A stretch of DNA of 63,812 bases, the filler included, from Octopus bimaculoides (taxonomy: Eukaryota), in NCBI RefSeq assembly GCF_001194135.2. It is 8 parts of 8 records of this genome, joined end to end, with 100 filler letters (N's around TTAATTAATTAA, not from the genome) between each part and the next. Parts side by side here need not be neighbours in the genome. Positions count along the whole stretch, not along the records: positions 24,495 to 42,982 come from NC_068989.1; 7 more parts are not named here. The stretch is one strand, 5' to 3'. Both the position numbers and the translations under genes were made by a program. The notes under the pieces are model-generated. The model made no database searches and was not told the DNA's origin. It worked only from the letters and a program-made list of their open reading frames with translations. Of this stretch, positions 24,787 through 36,104 are shown one piece after another (within the stretch, counting starts at the first letter, position 1; every line of letters starts with the position of its first letter).

Positions 24787-25008
24787 ACGATCTTGTGATC
24801 AAAGTTATCCTAACTTTGAAAATGCTGTTTTTTTTATTCATTTATGGTTTTGTCTTTTGTTTTTGTTTTTTTGTTTTTTTGTTTTTTGAGGGCAGGGTTG
24901 TTTTTTCTGAAGAGGGGATCCAGGACGATTTATTTTCCATTGTATCCGTCCCTTCGCGTAAGAAAGCAGAGTGACATTTTCCGGAGGTTGTGATTGTTGT
25001 TCCTTTAC

Positions 25009-25340
25009 TGGCACTCCGTCGCTTACGACGACAACAACGAGGGTTCCAGTTGATCCTATCAGCGAAACAGCCAGCTCATGAGATCAACATGAAAGTGGCC
25101 GGGTACTCCACAGACACGCGTGTCCTTAACGTAGTTCTCAGAGCGACACAGAATGGCACAGAATGGCACAGAATGGCACAGGGCGGGCCCTTTTTGGAAT
25201 ACTGGTACGACTCATTTTTATCAGCTGAGTGGACTGGAGTAACGTGACATGAAGTGTCTTGCTCAAGGAGACAACGCGTCGCCGGGAATCGAACTCACGT
25301 TGTTACGATCGTGAGACGAATTCCTTAACCACTGAGCCAC
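25009..25340 (-). mobile_element. SINE family D (inverted) with internal (CACAGAATGG)3
   Basis: Reverse complement of family D; 10-bp tandem at 25147-25176. Confidence 0.8.
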
Positions 25341-25445
25341 TTTCTTGTAGGTTAAGCGGCCACGGAGAGAGAGAGAGAGAGAATGATCGAGGCGGCAAGT
25401 TTAATCTGTGGGTGCTAGGACAGGATCAACTGAGATACTTGACCC

Positions 25446-25448
<3 letters not shown>

Positions 25449-25492
<44 letters not shown>

Positions 25493-26050
25493 TGTGTCTG
25501 TGTGTCTGTGTGTGTGTGTCTGTGTGTGTCTGTGTCTGTGTCTGTGTGTGCCTGTATATGAGTATTAGTGTGTCTGTGTGTGTGTGTCTGTGTCTGTGTG
25601 TGCGTGTATATGAGTATTAGTGCGTGTGCGTGTGTCTGTGGGTGTGCACGCGTGTGTGTGTTTGTGTCTGTGTGTGCGTGTGTATGTGCATGAATGTATG
25701 TGTGTGTCTGTCTGTGCCTGTGTTTGTGTCTGCGTGTGTCTATGTGTGTGCGTGTGTGTGTGTGTGTCTGTGTGCATGTCTGTGTGTATGTCTGTGTGTG
25801 TATGTATGTGTGTGTGTGTGTGTGCATGTGTCTGTGTGTGCGTGTGTATGAGTATGAGTGTGTGTTTGTGTGTCTATATATGTGTATGTGTATGTGTGAG
25901 TATGTGTGCGTATGTGTGTATGTGTGTGTATATATATGCATGTATGTGTATGTGTGTATGTACGTGTGCATGTATGCGTATGTGTGTGTGCGCGCATTTG
26001 CGTGCATGTGCGTGTGTGCGTATTCGTGTGCGTGTGTGTGTGTGTGTGTG
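25449..26050. repeat. Long degenerate (TG)n alternating purine-pyrimidine tract
   Basis: About 600 bp of TG/TC/TA/CG variants. Confidence 0.93.
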
Positions 26051-26392
26051 AAAGCATGTGATTTAGTGGTCACGGTATACAGCTCAAGATTGTAAGGCCG
26101 TGAGTTCGATTCCCGGCAGCGCATTCAGTTCTTGAGTTAATCATTTTACTTCACGTTGCTCGTTGCTCCACTCTACTCAGCTGGCAAAAATGAGTTGTAC
26201 CTTTATTTAAAAAAAAAAGGGGCCAACCTTGTCACATTCTGTGTCACGCCGAATCTCTCTGAGAACTACGTGAAGGGTTGAAGGGTAAGTGTGTCTGTGG
26301 AGTACTCGGCCATTTGCACATTAACTTCACGTGCAGGCTGTTTCGTTTATCGGGTCAACTCGGACCCTTGCCGTCCAAACGGACGGAGTGCT
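26051..26392 (+). mobile_element. SINE family D
   Basis: Head GAGTTCGATTCCCGGCAGCG; tail GACGGAGTGC. Confidence 0.8.
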
Positions 26393-26770
26393 AGTTTGTT
26401 TTGTTTTTTTGTTTTTAATTATGAAAAGAGGAATCAGTTTTACAAGTGGAAAGAAGGGATAAGGCAAGAAAAAGGACAACATGCCATTTGAAGTTTTTTT
26501 TTTNNNNNNNNNNNNNNNNNNNNNNNNNNNNNNNNNNNNNNNNNNNNNNNNNNNNNNNNNNNNNNNNNNNNNNNNNNNNNNNNNNNNNNNNNNNNNNNNN
26601 NNNNNNNNNNNNNNNNNNNNNNNNNNNNNNNNNNNNNNNNNNNNNNNNNNNNNNNNNNNNNNNNNNNNNNNNNNNNNNNNNNNNNNNNNNNNNGGGGGGG
26701 GGGTCTTTCATGAGATAGTTCGCTGGTTGTGTATCCTAATATTTCTTTCTGTATCATTATCTGTTGGCAG

Positions 26771-27109
26771 GATTACGGCCAGATTCCAGCTTACCTGAAG
26801 AGAAGACGGGAGGACGTGAAGATGCTACACGGGCGGTACGAAGCAGCTGTGAAGAAGCAAATCGAAGACAACGCTATGAAACAGTTGAGTGATGAAGAGC
26901 GCGAGGAGTTACTGTGTGGCCTGAAGAAGAATTGGGAAGCTGTGCACCACGACTTCCAGGGCCTGTCGGTTGTCATAGATACCATCCGAAAGAAGCAGTT
27001 AAAAGAAAAACTAGAAATGTTGATGAAACAGCTTGAGCAAGATATATCTTTGATTCAGAAACACAAGAGGATATATTTGGCAAACGGTCCCGATGAGTAT
27101 CTATACTGA
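26771..27109 (+). CDS. ENKUR: Enkurin, terminal coding exon (phase 0)
   Basis: ggcag|GAT acceptor; DYGQIPAYLKRR...MKQLSDEEREELLCGLKKNWEAVHHDFQGLSVVIDTIRKK..KEKLEMLMKQLEQDISLIQKHKRIYLAN matches the enkurin C-terminal domain (human DYGVTPEY..LSDEEREAVLQGLKKNWEEVHKEFQSLSV); 113 codons, TGA 27107-09. Confidence 0.92.
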   Translation, partial: DYGQIPAYLKRRREDVKMLHGRYEAAVKKQIEDNAMKQLSDEEREELLCGLKKNWEAVHHDFQGLSVVIDTIRKKQLKEKLEMLMKQLEQDISLIQKHKRIYLANGPDEYLY

Positions 27110-27155
27110 AAGATAGACATATCTCATTCTTTTTTTGTTTTTTGTTTTTGTGTGA

Positions 27156-27161
27156 AATAAA
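27156..27161 (+). terminator. Candidate polyadenylation signal for ENKUR
   Basis: AATAAA 47 nt after the stop codon. Confidence 0.5.
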
Positions 27162-27235
27162 GTAGATGAAAATTAGAGAATATGAGAGGTGTATTTATAT
27201 ACATCTGTATATATATATAGGCACATGAGTGGATA

Positions 27236-27402
27236 GGCGCAGGAGTGGATGGCTGTGTGATAAGTAGCTTGCTTCCCAACCACATGGTTCCGGGTTCAAT
27301 CTCACTGCGTGGCACCTTGGTCCAGTGTCATCTACTTTACCCTGGGGCCTATCAAAGACTTGTGAGTGGATTTGGTAGACGGAAACTGAAAGAAGCTTGT
27401 CG
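27236..27402 (+). mobile_element. SINE A head (5' half of an interrupted copy)
   Basis: Matches the family A head; the matching + tail resumes at 28083. Confidence 0.85.
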
Positions 27403-27430
27403 TATATATGTATATATATATATATATATA

Positions 27431-27839
27431 TACTCTTTACTCTTTTACTTGTTTAAGTCATTTGACTGTGGCCATGCTGGAGCACCGCCTTTTTAGTCTA
27501 GCTAATCGACCCCAGGACTTATTCTTTGTAAGCCTAGTACTTATTCTATCGTTCTCTTTTTGCCGAACCGCTAAGTTACGGGGACGCAAACACACCACCA
27601 TCGGTTGTCAAGCGATGTTGGGGTGACAAACACAGACACACAAACATATACACACACATACATATATACATACATATATACGACAGGCTTCTTTCAGTTT
27701 CCGTCTACCAAATCCACTCACAAGGCTTTGGTCGGCCCGAGGCTATAGTAGAAGACATTTGCCCAAGGTGCCACGCAGTGGGACCGAACCCGGAACTATG
27801 TAGTTGGTAAGCAAGCTACTTACCACATAGCCACTCCTG
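27431..27839 (-). mobile_element. Full-length SINE A, inverted, nested
   Basis: Complete reverse complement of 39315-39744. Confidence 0.9.
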
Positions 27840-28082
27840 TGTATGTACGTATGTATGTATGTATGTATGTATATATATGTAAATAATATAGAGTGGGACA
27901 AGAACGCAAAACATCCAGACAGTTAGGTGATACAAGAAAGGGACAAAACATCCAGATGGACGATACAAAGAAAACACGGACAGGTCATTCGGAATTTTCT
28001 TTCTCCAATCGAGATCCAGGTTATCTTTGCGATTTTGGCTGGTTATTCTCGATGTATATGCATGTATGTGTGTATATGCTTG

Positions 28083-28260
28083 TGTGTCTGTGTTTGTCAC
28101 CCCAACATCGCTTGACAGCCGATGCTGGTGTGTTTACGTCCCCGTAACAACTTAGCGGTTCGGCAAAAGGAACCGATAGAATAAGTACTAGGCTTACAAA
28201 GAATAAGTTCCGGGGTCGATTTGCTCGACTAAAACCGGTGCTCCAGCATGGCCGCAGTCA
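28083..28260 (+). mobile_element. SINE A tail (3' half of the interrupted copy)
   Basis: Matches the family A tail. Confidence 0.85.
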
Positions 28261-28514
28261 TATGCTGTGGGTAGTTTACAACATATAAGGATAGAACTCG
28301 CTTTTATATATATTTAGGAGAACACTCTACTGTCGCAGCCAACTTACCGACTTAATGAAAGCAAAATGGAAGAAAAAAGAGGGAAAGAAAGGACTGGCAT
28401 TGATAGAGCAAAAGAGATAGACAAAACGACGCGGATAATATTTTAACAGGGGAGATAATTATGTATTGGGTAAAGAGTAATCTCCCCTGGTGCAATTTTT
28501 ATTTTTAGAAATGA

Positions 28515-28922
28515 TACTCTCTTTTACTTTTACTCTTTTACTTGTTTCAGTCATTTGACTACGGCCGTGCTGGAGCACCGCCTTTAGTCGAGCAAATCGG
28601 CCCCAGGACTTATTCTTTGTAAGCCTAGTACTTATTCTATCGGTCTTTTTGGCCGAACCGCTAAGTCACGGGGACGTAAACACACCAGCATCGCATGTCA
28701 AGCGATGTTGGGGGGCACAAACACTGACACACAAACACACCTATATATATACATATATACGACGGGATTCTTTCAGTTTCCATCTACCAAATCCACTCAC
28801 AAGGCTTTGGTCGGCCCAAGGCTATAGTAGAAGACACTTGCCCAAGGTGTCACGCAGTGGGACTGAACCCGGAACCATGTGGTTGGTAAGCAAGCTACTT
28901 ACCACATAGCCACTCCTGCGCC
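28515..28922 (-). mobile_element. Full-length SINE A
   Basis: Tail (TACTCTTT)n through head CCACTCCTGCGCC. Confidence 0.9.
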
Positions 28923-29294
28923 TGATATCACTTTCTTCTAGAAAATAGAAGCCACGGTTTCTTCGAATCACACCTTATAGTCTACAGAAAGTTAAAAGTA
29001 CATTGCTAATGAAGTTAGCAGATCCTGTCCCTCTGCCGAAATCTATGGAGATTGATGTTTAGCTTCAACAGTTTTAAACCAATGGAAATATGGTGAGCAA
29101 CAGAGATTATCTCAGAGAATTGATGTTTCGTGGAGAAAGACTTGATAGCGCAGTTACGAGGATGTTAGGTGAGAGCAGAATGGGTGACTTGGAGACGGAG
29201 GAAGGATAGGAGAGGAGAAGTAGGAGGAGTAGGGGAATGGAGGGTGAGAGAATAGAAGTGAAAGGTGTGGTGCAGAATGGGAGGAGGTCGTTCT

Positions 29295-30315
29295 GCGACC
29301 ATGCTGGTGCAGCACCTTTTAGTCGAAGAAATCGACTCCGGGACTTATTCTTTGTAAGCCTGGTACTTATTCCATCGCTCTCTTTCGCCGAACCGCTAGA
29401 TTTCAGAAACAACGTAAACACACAGATNNNNNNNNNNNNNNNNNNNNNNNNNNNNNNNNNNNNNNNNNNNNNNNNNNNNNNNNNNNNNNNNNNNNNNNNN
29501 NNNNNNNNNNNNNNNNNNNNNNNNNNNNNNNNNNNNNNNNNNNNNNNNNNNNNNNNNNNNNNNNNNNNNNNNNNNNNNNNNNNNNNNNNNNNNNNNNNNN
29601 NNNNNNNNNNNNNNNNNNNNNNNNNNNNNNNNNNNNNNNNNNNNNNNNNNNNNNNNNNNNNNNNNNNNNNNNNNNNNNNNNNNNNNNNNNNNNNNNNNNN
29701 NNNNNNNNNNNNNNNNNNNNNNNNNNNNNNNNNNNNNNNNNNNNNNNNNNNNNNNNNNNNNNNNNNNNNNNNNNNNNNNNNNNNNNNNNNNNNNNNNNNN
29801 NNNNNNNNNNNNNNNNNNNNNNNNNNNNNNNNNNNNNNNNNNNNNNNNNNNNNNNNNNNNNNNNNNNNNNNNNNNNNNNNNNNNNNNNNNNNNNNNNNNN
29901 NNNNNNNNNNNNNNNNNNNNNNNNNNNNNNNNNNNNNNNNNNNNNNNNNNNNNNNNNNNNNNNNNNNNNNNNNNNNNNNNNNNNNNNNNNNNNNNNNNNN
30001 NNNNNNNNNNNNNNNNNNNNNNNNNNNNNNNNNNNNNNNNNNNNNNNNNNNNNNNNNNNNNNNNNNNNNNNNNNNNNNNNNNNNNNNNNNNNNNNNNNNN
30101 NNNNNNNNNNNNNNNNNNNNNNNNNNNNNNNNNNNNNNNNNNNNNATATATATATATATACATATATATATACGACGGGCTACTTTCAGTTTCCGTCTAC
30201 CAAATCCACTCAGAAGGCTTTGGTCGGCCCCAGGCTATAGTAGAACACACTTGCCCAAAGTGCCACACAGTGGGACTGAACATGGAACCATGTGGTTGGG
30301 AAACAAACTTCTACT
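29295..30315 (-). mobile_element. SINE A split by an assembly gap
   Basis: Tail at 29295-29425 and head at 30170-30315, on either side of an N run. Confidence 0.75.
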
Positions 30316-30444
30316 ATATATGTATACATATATATGTGTGTGTGTGTGTGTGTGTATGTGTGTATGTATCTATGTATGAATGTATGTATGTGTATATACA
30401 TATATATATATATATATAAATATATGTGTGTGTGTGTGTGTGTG

Positions 30445-30765
30445 CGTTAACATCAATGGATGGGTATAGGGAAACTCCGTCCATACTGCCTATAATGTAT
30501 CCCGTCGGGTGGTGGGCACGGTTGTACTCATTGACTCTGCTGAAGATGTCCTCTGTGCTGTCACACACATGTAGAGACATTTTTATCAGAGGGCGTATTA
30601 CCATTGAGAGGAAGTAGGAGATCCGATAGTTGTTGGCAGCATTGGCTCCGTAGACCAGTCTCGATGGCGGTCCTGTCATTGGGTCAGTGGTCATCTTATG
30701 GTCCTTGCACAGTCCATACCAGGGCCGGGATGGCGTTGCTGGTGACCTGGAAGTTGTAAGCTATA
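30445..30765 (-). mobile_element. Penelope-like RT fragment
   Basis: PWYGLCKDHKMTTDPMTGPPSRLVYGA...ISYFLSMVIRPL...DSTED...IIGSMDGVSLYPSID. Confidence 0.75.
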
Positions 30766-30810
30766 TATATTCATATACACATATTCATATTCACGCTTAG
30801 GCATATATAT

Positions 30811-31199
30811 TCTTTTACTCTTTTACTTGTTTCAGTCATTTGACTGTGGCCATGCTGGAGCACCGCCTTGAAGGTGCAAATCGACCCCGGGACTTATTCT
30901 TTGTAAGCCTAGTACTTATTCTATCGGTCTCTTTTTGCCGAACCGCTAATGGCGGGGACATAAACACACCAGCATCGATTGTCAAGCAATGCTAGGGGGC
31001 CAAACGCAGACACACAAACATACACACACACTTACATATATAAACATATATACGACGGGCTTCTTTCAGTTTCCGTCTACCAAATCCACTCACAAGGCTT
31101 TGGTCGGCCCAAGGCTATAAAGACACTTGCCCAAGGTGCCACGCAATGGGACTCAACCCGGAACCATGTGGTTGGTAGGCAAGCTACTTACCACACAGC
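30811..31199 (-). mobile_element. Full-length SINE A
   Basis: Reverse complement of family A. Confidence 0.88.
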
Positions 31200-31228
31200 N
31201 NNNNNNNNNATATATGCCTAAGCGTGAA

Positions 31229-31264
<36 letters not shown>

Positions 31265-31410
31265 TGTATGTATGTATAGTCAGCAATTTATTCGGTAAAT
31301 TTATTTTATAATATTGAACATATTTCATCGATATTAATTTATATTTCTCGTTTTGCCTTGTGCGATGTTTGAGAGCGTTGGATTATAAGCTGTACTATTC
31401 CGTTAGTATT

Positions 31411-32325
31411 TATTACCTAAGCCTTAGCGAAGGTGGTGTATCATTTTCAGTCATATTTGTTTGTTTGTCTGTGCACAAGATATCTTAAGAACCGCTGAAT
31501 GGATTCGGATGAAACTTTCAGAATATGTTTGGCCTTGTGACTGGGATCGACCTGGTACCGGACAAGGATTCCGGATTATTTATTATATTTACTTTATTTT
31601 ACATGATTACGATCTTACGATCACTTTCAAGTATTTCTCAATTATCTCCCTTTAGGCTGTTTCCAAAGTTTTATTTTCGTTTCTCTATTATTAATTTTAC
31701 TCGCGTCTCTCTCTTAGTAGAAGCTAATGGATAAAGAAATCAAACTACATAAACAAACGGTAGCAAAACAGTTCAGAAATTAAAAACACAAACATACTTT
31801 TATAATATATATACATTATATATTATACACATATATTAACACTTTACGGTATACGTACATCTATACATCGATCTAAAACAACAAGAATAGTAAAGGAAGG
31901 TCAGAATTTAAGAGAAGAGAAAACCAAAAGGTCTTGTGTTATTCATTTAAAAATTCCTGAGTAGAACTCATTATTATTACCTCCGCCTTTGAAACTATTT
32001 TGAATTTGTTAACTTTGGATTATATTAGATAAGGATAAACTATTTAGTTTTGTTACTAAATAGTTTATCCACCTACAACCACCTTCACATTCCATGACTA
32101 TTATTGGGATCGATCAGGTACCGGACAAGGATTCCGTATTATTTTTCCGGTTTTTTCTTTTACTTAATTTTTGAGAGTGGTCGGGTTCATTTTTAATATT
32201 GTCATTTGTGAAAGCTGTCGAGTTTATTTCAGATATTCTCATTTTAAAAAATCATCTCCGGCTAATCGTTGAGAGGACGTTGGTGTTGCCTTGGCGGAGG
32301 TTTGCGCTCTCTGAGTGCTCTTGTT
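31411..32325 (+). mobile_element. Helentron-associated (HINE/DINE-1-like) non-autonomous element, two partial tandem copies
   Basis: 5' TATTACCT(AA/CC)GCC at 31411 and 31976; short (GTTT/GTCT) tract; duplicated GGGATCGA..GGTACCGGACAAGGATTCCG; 3' sub-terminal GGCGGAGGT then GCGCTCTCTGAGTGCTCTTGTT. Confidence 0.6.
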
Positions 32326-33001
32326 AGCCTTGCTTTGGGTGTGGTCACGTGATATAGATTGAAAAAATAACGCATTTAGCAATCAATGTTGATTGTTTAG
32401 TTTATATGCTTTAAGTTCTATGTTTACAATTCCTTCAGCTGGCGTTACCATATCGAGTATCTATGGTTGAATAGTTCTTTTGTTTTGTTTTGTTTTTGTT
32501 TTTGTTTAGTTAACTTATTCTTTTGTATTATACTTTTAGCATCACAATGTTCTTCTTGGGAGCAAATTCTTTGTTTTATAGTTACTGTTTTGTAAGTATA
32601 AGTTAATATTAATTGCTTAATTCGTAGCTGCCAGTAGTAATACGGTGTTGGCATAACTGACATACTACGCTAATGATTCGCTCCTGCCGATTACTATTGA
32701 TTCCCGGGCAGAATTTATATTTTTTAGTGCTGCTGAATAGTGCTAACCAGGTGTCGAAACTATAATGATATCCGTTTGGCAGCTGATGAAAGTAATACAT
32801 ATTTGCTATGCTTCTTTGTGAATTCTTAATTTCTTAGTCTCGTTATTATGAATTGTTCAATCTAGTAAAGCAGAAAATGTTTGTAGATTCATGGTTTGTG
32901 GAGATTACTAACATTGATTTGGTAATTTTTCTTCATAAATAATTTCATTAAGCTTAGGTAATGCTTAGATACTGGTGTTAAGATTTGGGAGTTTCTGTAG
33001 C

Positions 33002-33053
<52 letters not shown>

Positions 33054-33170
33054 GTATACGTATCTATACGGTTATATATGCATAGCGATGTATGTATATG
33101 TATGTGTATATGAATTCATATACATGCAAACATGTTAACACAAGAAAGAAGTTTTGATGGTATTTTGGAA

Positions 33171-33409
33171 TCAAAGACATGTGTAGTCTCCTCGTGCGGT
33201 CGGTGAGACTAGCATTTGGTTTTCAGGTGTAAAATATGAAACCAACACAGCACATTCCTTCGTGGTTTTGTTATATGAGAAGGCAACGCAGTAAAATTCT
33301 CGGACACATTTAGCAGAGCACTCTATAAGGGAATCTTGTATTAAACTCGTTTTTATCGTATATTGGGTACTGTCGTTTGCCGGAGTTTTCTCAAAGGAAC
33401 TGTTTTCTT
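33171..33409 (-). CDS. PAN/apple domain, terminal coding exon of the C-type lectin-PAN gene
   Basis: Strong acceptor tttttctctttctttccgcag|; phase 1; (K)ENSSFEK...SLIECSAKCVREFYCVAFSYNKTTKECAVL...GDYTCL*; C-x3-C-x5-C..F.Y....C PAN pattern; 2+79x3=239 nt. Confidence 0.85.
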
Positions 33410-34114
33410 CTGCGGAAAGAAAGAGAAAAATATTGATTAGAGAAAAAATACTGTAGTGTACATTATGACGTAATATTTTATGACTGCATTAAATACAATT
33501 CTACCGAAACAGCTGTCGTAAATTTTAAACGCCATTCGTGTTTACATTTTTATACTTACCCCACACCAAAGGCTCATTGGTGAGTCGGATCTATAGTTAT
33601 AAATTGGATTTGGTACTTGCATATCTACGCTATCCTACCAACATCTGAAGCCTTCAATGATGTTTATTTCACTGTTAGCTCTATGTGATCTTACCTAGCC
33701 ATTTCCCGCGTCCTACAGGTTGATGTGCCTTGATTCTTGAGAAGCTTCAAAATGGAATTATATATATAAAGAAAATAAAGTAAATCCCGAATGCAGGTTA
33801 ACTGTTAAAACAGCCTAAAAGATCGGGTAAATACCCTCAGAAGACGGAAGACAGTTGCCAGCAAGCTTCTACAGAGAATCGAAATCTGTACTTCTCAAAT
33901 TCTGGCTGAGGGATCTGTACCATTAATCTAAGCGAATTCTAACAACTAATGTTGTCTATATAATTCGTGGAAAAATCTACGCCATATGTAAATTGATCAA
34001 AGAGATGCAACTTATGCATAGCTGAAAGAAAGCACATTCTTTTTAGATCGAAAAATTCCGCCACACTCCTCAATTTTAAATCCGAAATTTTCAGCAAATG
34101 CAAGCACATAAACA

Positions 34115-34420
34115 AACATCATCACTCAACTACATCAAACAACATCTCACAATTTCAATAAACATCACCACACAGCCGTATGCGGTTTCATCATACGACT
34201 TTAACAACCATATCTTCGCACAATCATATCATTCACTTATGTCAAACATCACCAGAGAATCAGATCAATACCACCACACAACTAACCCACAGAGACACAA
34301 CAAACATCATCACTCAACCATACAAAACTTCATCACACAACTACATCAAACAACATCATATAATTACATTAAACATCATCACGCAACCGCATCAAACATC
34401 ACCGCAACCCCCACACAACC
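34115..34420. repeat. Degenerate minisatellite (~22-bp AAACATCATCACACAACTACATC-like unit)
   Basis: Recurring AAACA(A)CATC motif at irregular period. Confidence 0.6.
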
Positions 34421-34954
34421 GTCAGAAATTACTATAACCGTAGATACCCACCTGACTTTTGACAACAACACCGGCGTTTCCCCATCACAATACCATGTCT
34501 ATTTACATTGTAGATTGTGGCTTGTGTAGTTTTTGTTTCACAGTTACACGCAACGTTAGGTCCTAAACAATAAACAGAGATGCTATCGGTTAATATTGTT
34601 TATATTAAAATATATAATTAAAATTACACGCTTAAAAGTGTCATGGGCAACAATCAAATGGAACTGTATATCTGATGTAGATCTGACGACCAAATTAAGA
34701 TCATACCAGAACGCCTCCGAAAAACTTCATTCATATCCATTAATACCTGTAAATATTTTACTGGTTAAGCTAACATTGTTTATACGGCAACATATAATGT
34801 TTAGAACAGCGTGTGTGTTTCTTTCTAGTTTGAATAATGAGTTTGTGAAGAGAAATGAAATTATTTTTTCGTACAAAATTAAGATACACACCTACTATAA
34901 GGTGAGCACAAGTGTGTACGTACGCCGCTATGTATATATATATATATATATATA

Positions 34955-35510
34955 GTGTTAGAGAAGTGGAGGGCAGGATGGAAAGATTTGACAAAAGATA
35001 GGAAGGAGTCTAGATGTTCGCGGAAGAGTGAGGTCGCACCGATACAGTCGTCAACATAACGGCCGTATAGTTCGGGAGTGGGACCAGTGAAACTTGAGAA
35101 TATTTGGGCCTCAACGTAGTCAACGAACAGGTTCGCATAGTTGGAGTCCATTTTCGTTCCCATGACCATTCCCGACACACTGCTTGTAAAAATCACCAGC
35201 GAACGAGAACCAGTTGAGGGAGAGGACAAGTTCGGTCAGACGAACGAATGTGGATGAGTCGGGCTGGGGGTTGGGTCGAAGGTCAAGGAAATGTTGGGAG
35301 TGCACGCAGCCTCTCGTGGTGAGGGATCACCGTGTAAAGGCTCTGGATGTCGAGAGTGAAGAGAAGTTTAGTGGGGCCAGGAGAGAAGGAGAAAGAGTTG
35401 AACAAACGAAGTGCATGGTTGGTGTCATGGATGTGAGAGGGGTAGGAAGCCATGGGGGGCAAGGACATGGTCAAGATATCTGGAGATGAGTTCGGTGGGG
35501 CAGTTGCAGG
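34955..35510 (-). mobile_element. Penelope-like RT fragment (second family)
   Basis: LLFTLDIQSLYTVIPH; LTELVLSLNWFSF; MGTKMDSNYANLFV; YGRYVDDCIG; NSFHPALHF-like. Confidence 0.85.
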
Positions 35511-35559
35511 TATCCAAAATATATATTTCTATCAAATTTTACAGTGTTCTAAAATGTCA

Positions 35560-36090
35560 AATGGTATTAATTAAGACTCATGTGGATTTGGAAATCTTTA
35601 ACTTAATATAAGTTCTTTTTGCAAAATAATCTAACTGAAGTAATTTCTTATAGTAACCCCTCAAAGATGGGCGTATCGAAGGAGCATTCAAAGTACATTT
35701 ATGCTTTATGAGTTCAAAATGAGAAACAGTGCAGCAGAAGCAACCCGAAATATCCATTTTGTCTGTGGGTAAGAGTGCTTGAACGAAAGAAGTTGCAGAA
35801 GATGGTTTGCAAAGTTCAAAAATGGTTTAATTCAGCAGAAAAGTGAGGCCACGAACAAGACGCCTTGTTGAATTTGATGATGAACTTCTTTTGTCAGAAC
35901 TTGAGAAGGATAATGCTGTGTCAGTTAAAGAATTGGCAAGCAAGCTCAATTCAAGCCATTCAACTATTCACTACCATCTTCAAACAGCTTGGCAAGCTGC
36001 CCACACTCAGAAAATAAATTTCCCAACAGAAGCCAACCGTAACTCGCGAGTGGACATTTGCTCATCTCCTCACTCTCGTGAACGTATCTC
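35560..36090 (+). mobile_element. Mariner (Mos1/SETMAR-like) 5' fragment
   Basis: From 35667: MGVSKEH..MLYEFKMRNSAAEATRNI...CRRWFAKFK; RPRTRRLVEFDDELLLSELEKD..SVKELASKLNSSHSTIHYHL. Confidence 0.8.
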
Positions 36091-36104
36091 ACCATTTTTT
36101 AACA

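Noticed and set aside
33695-33744. 50-nt segment with a strong AG|GTAAGA donor inside the last lectin intron
   Set aside because: Not a multiple of 3 and gives a premature TAG in phase 1; at most a poison or cryptic exon.
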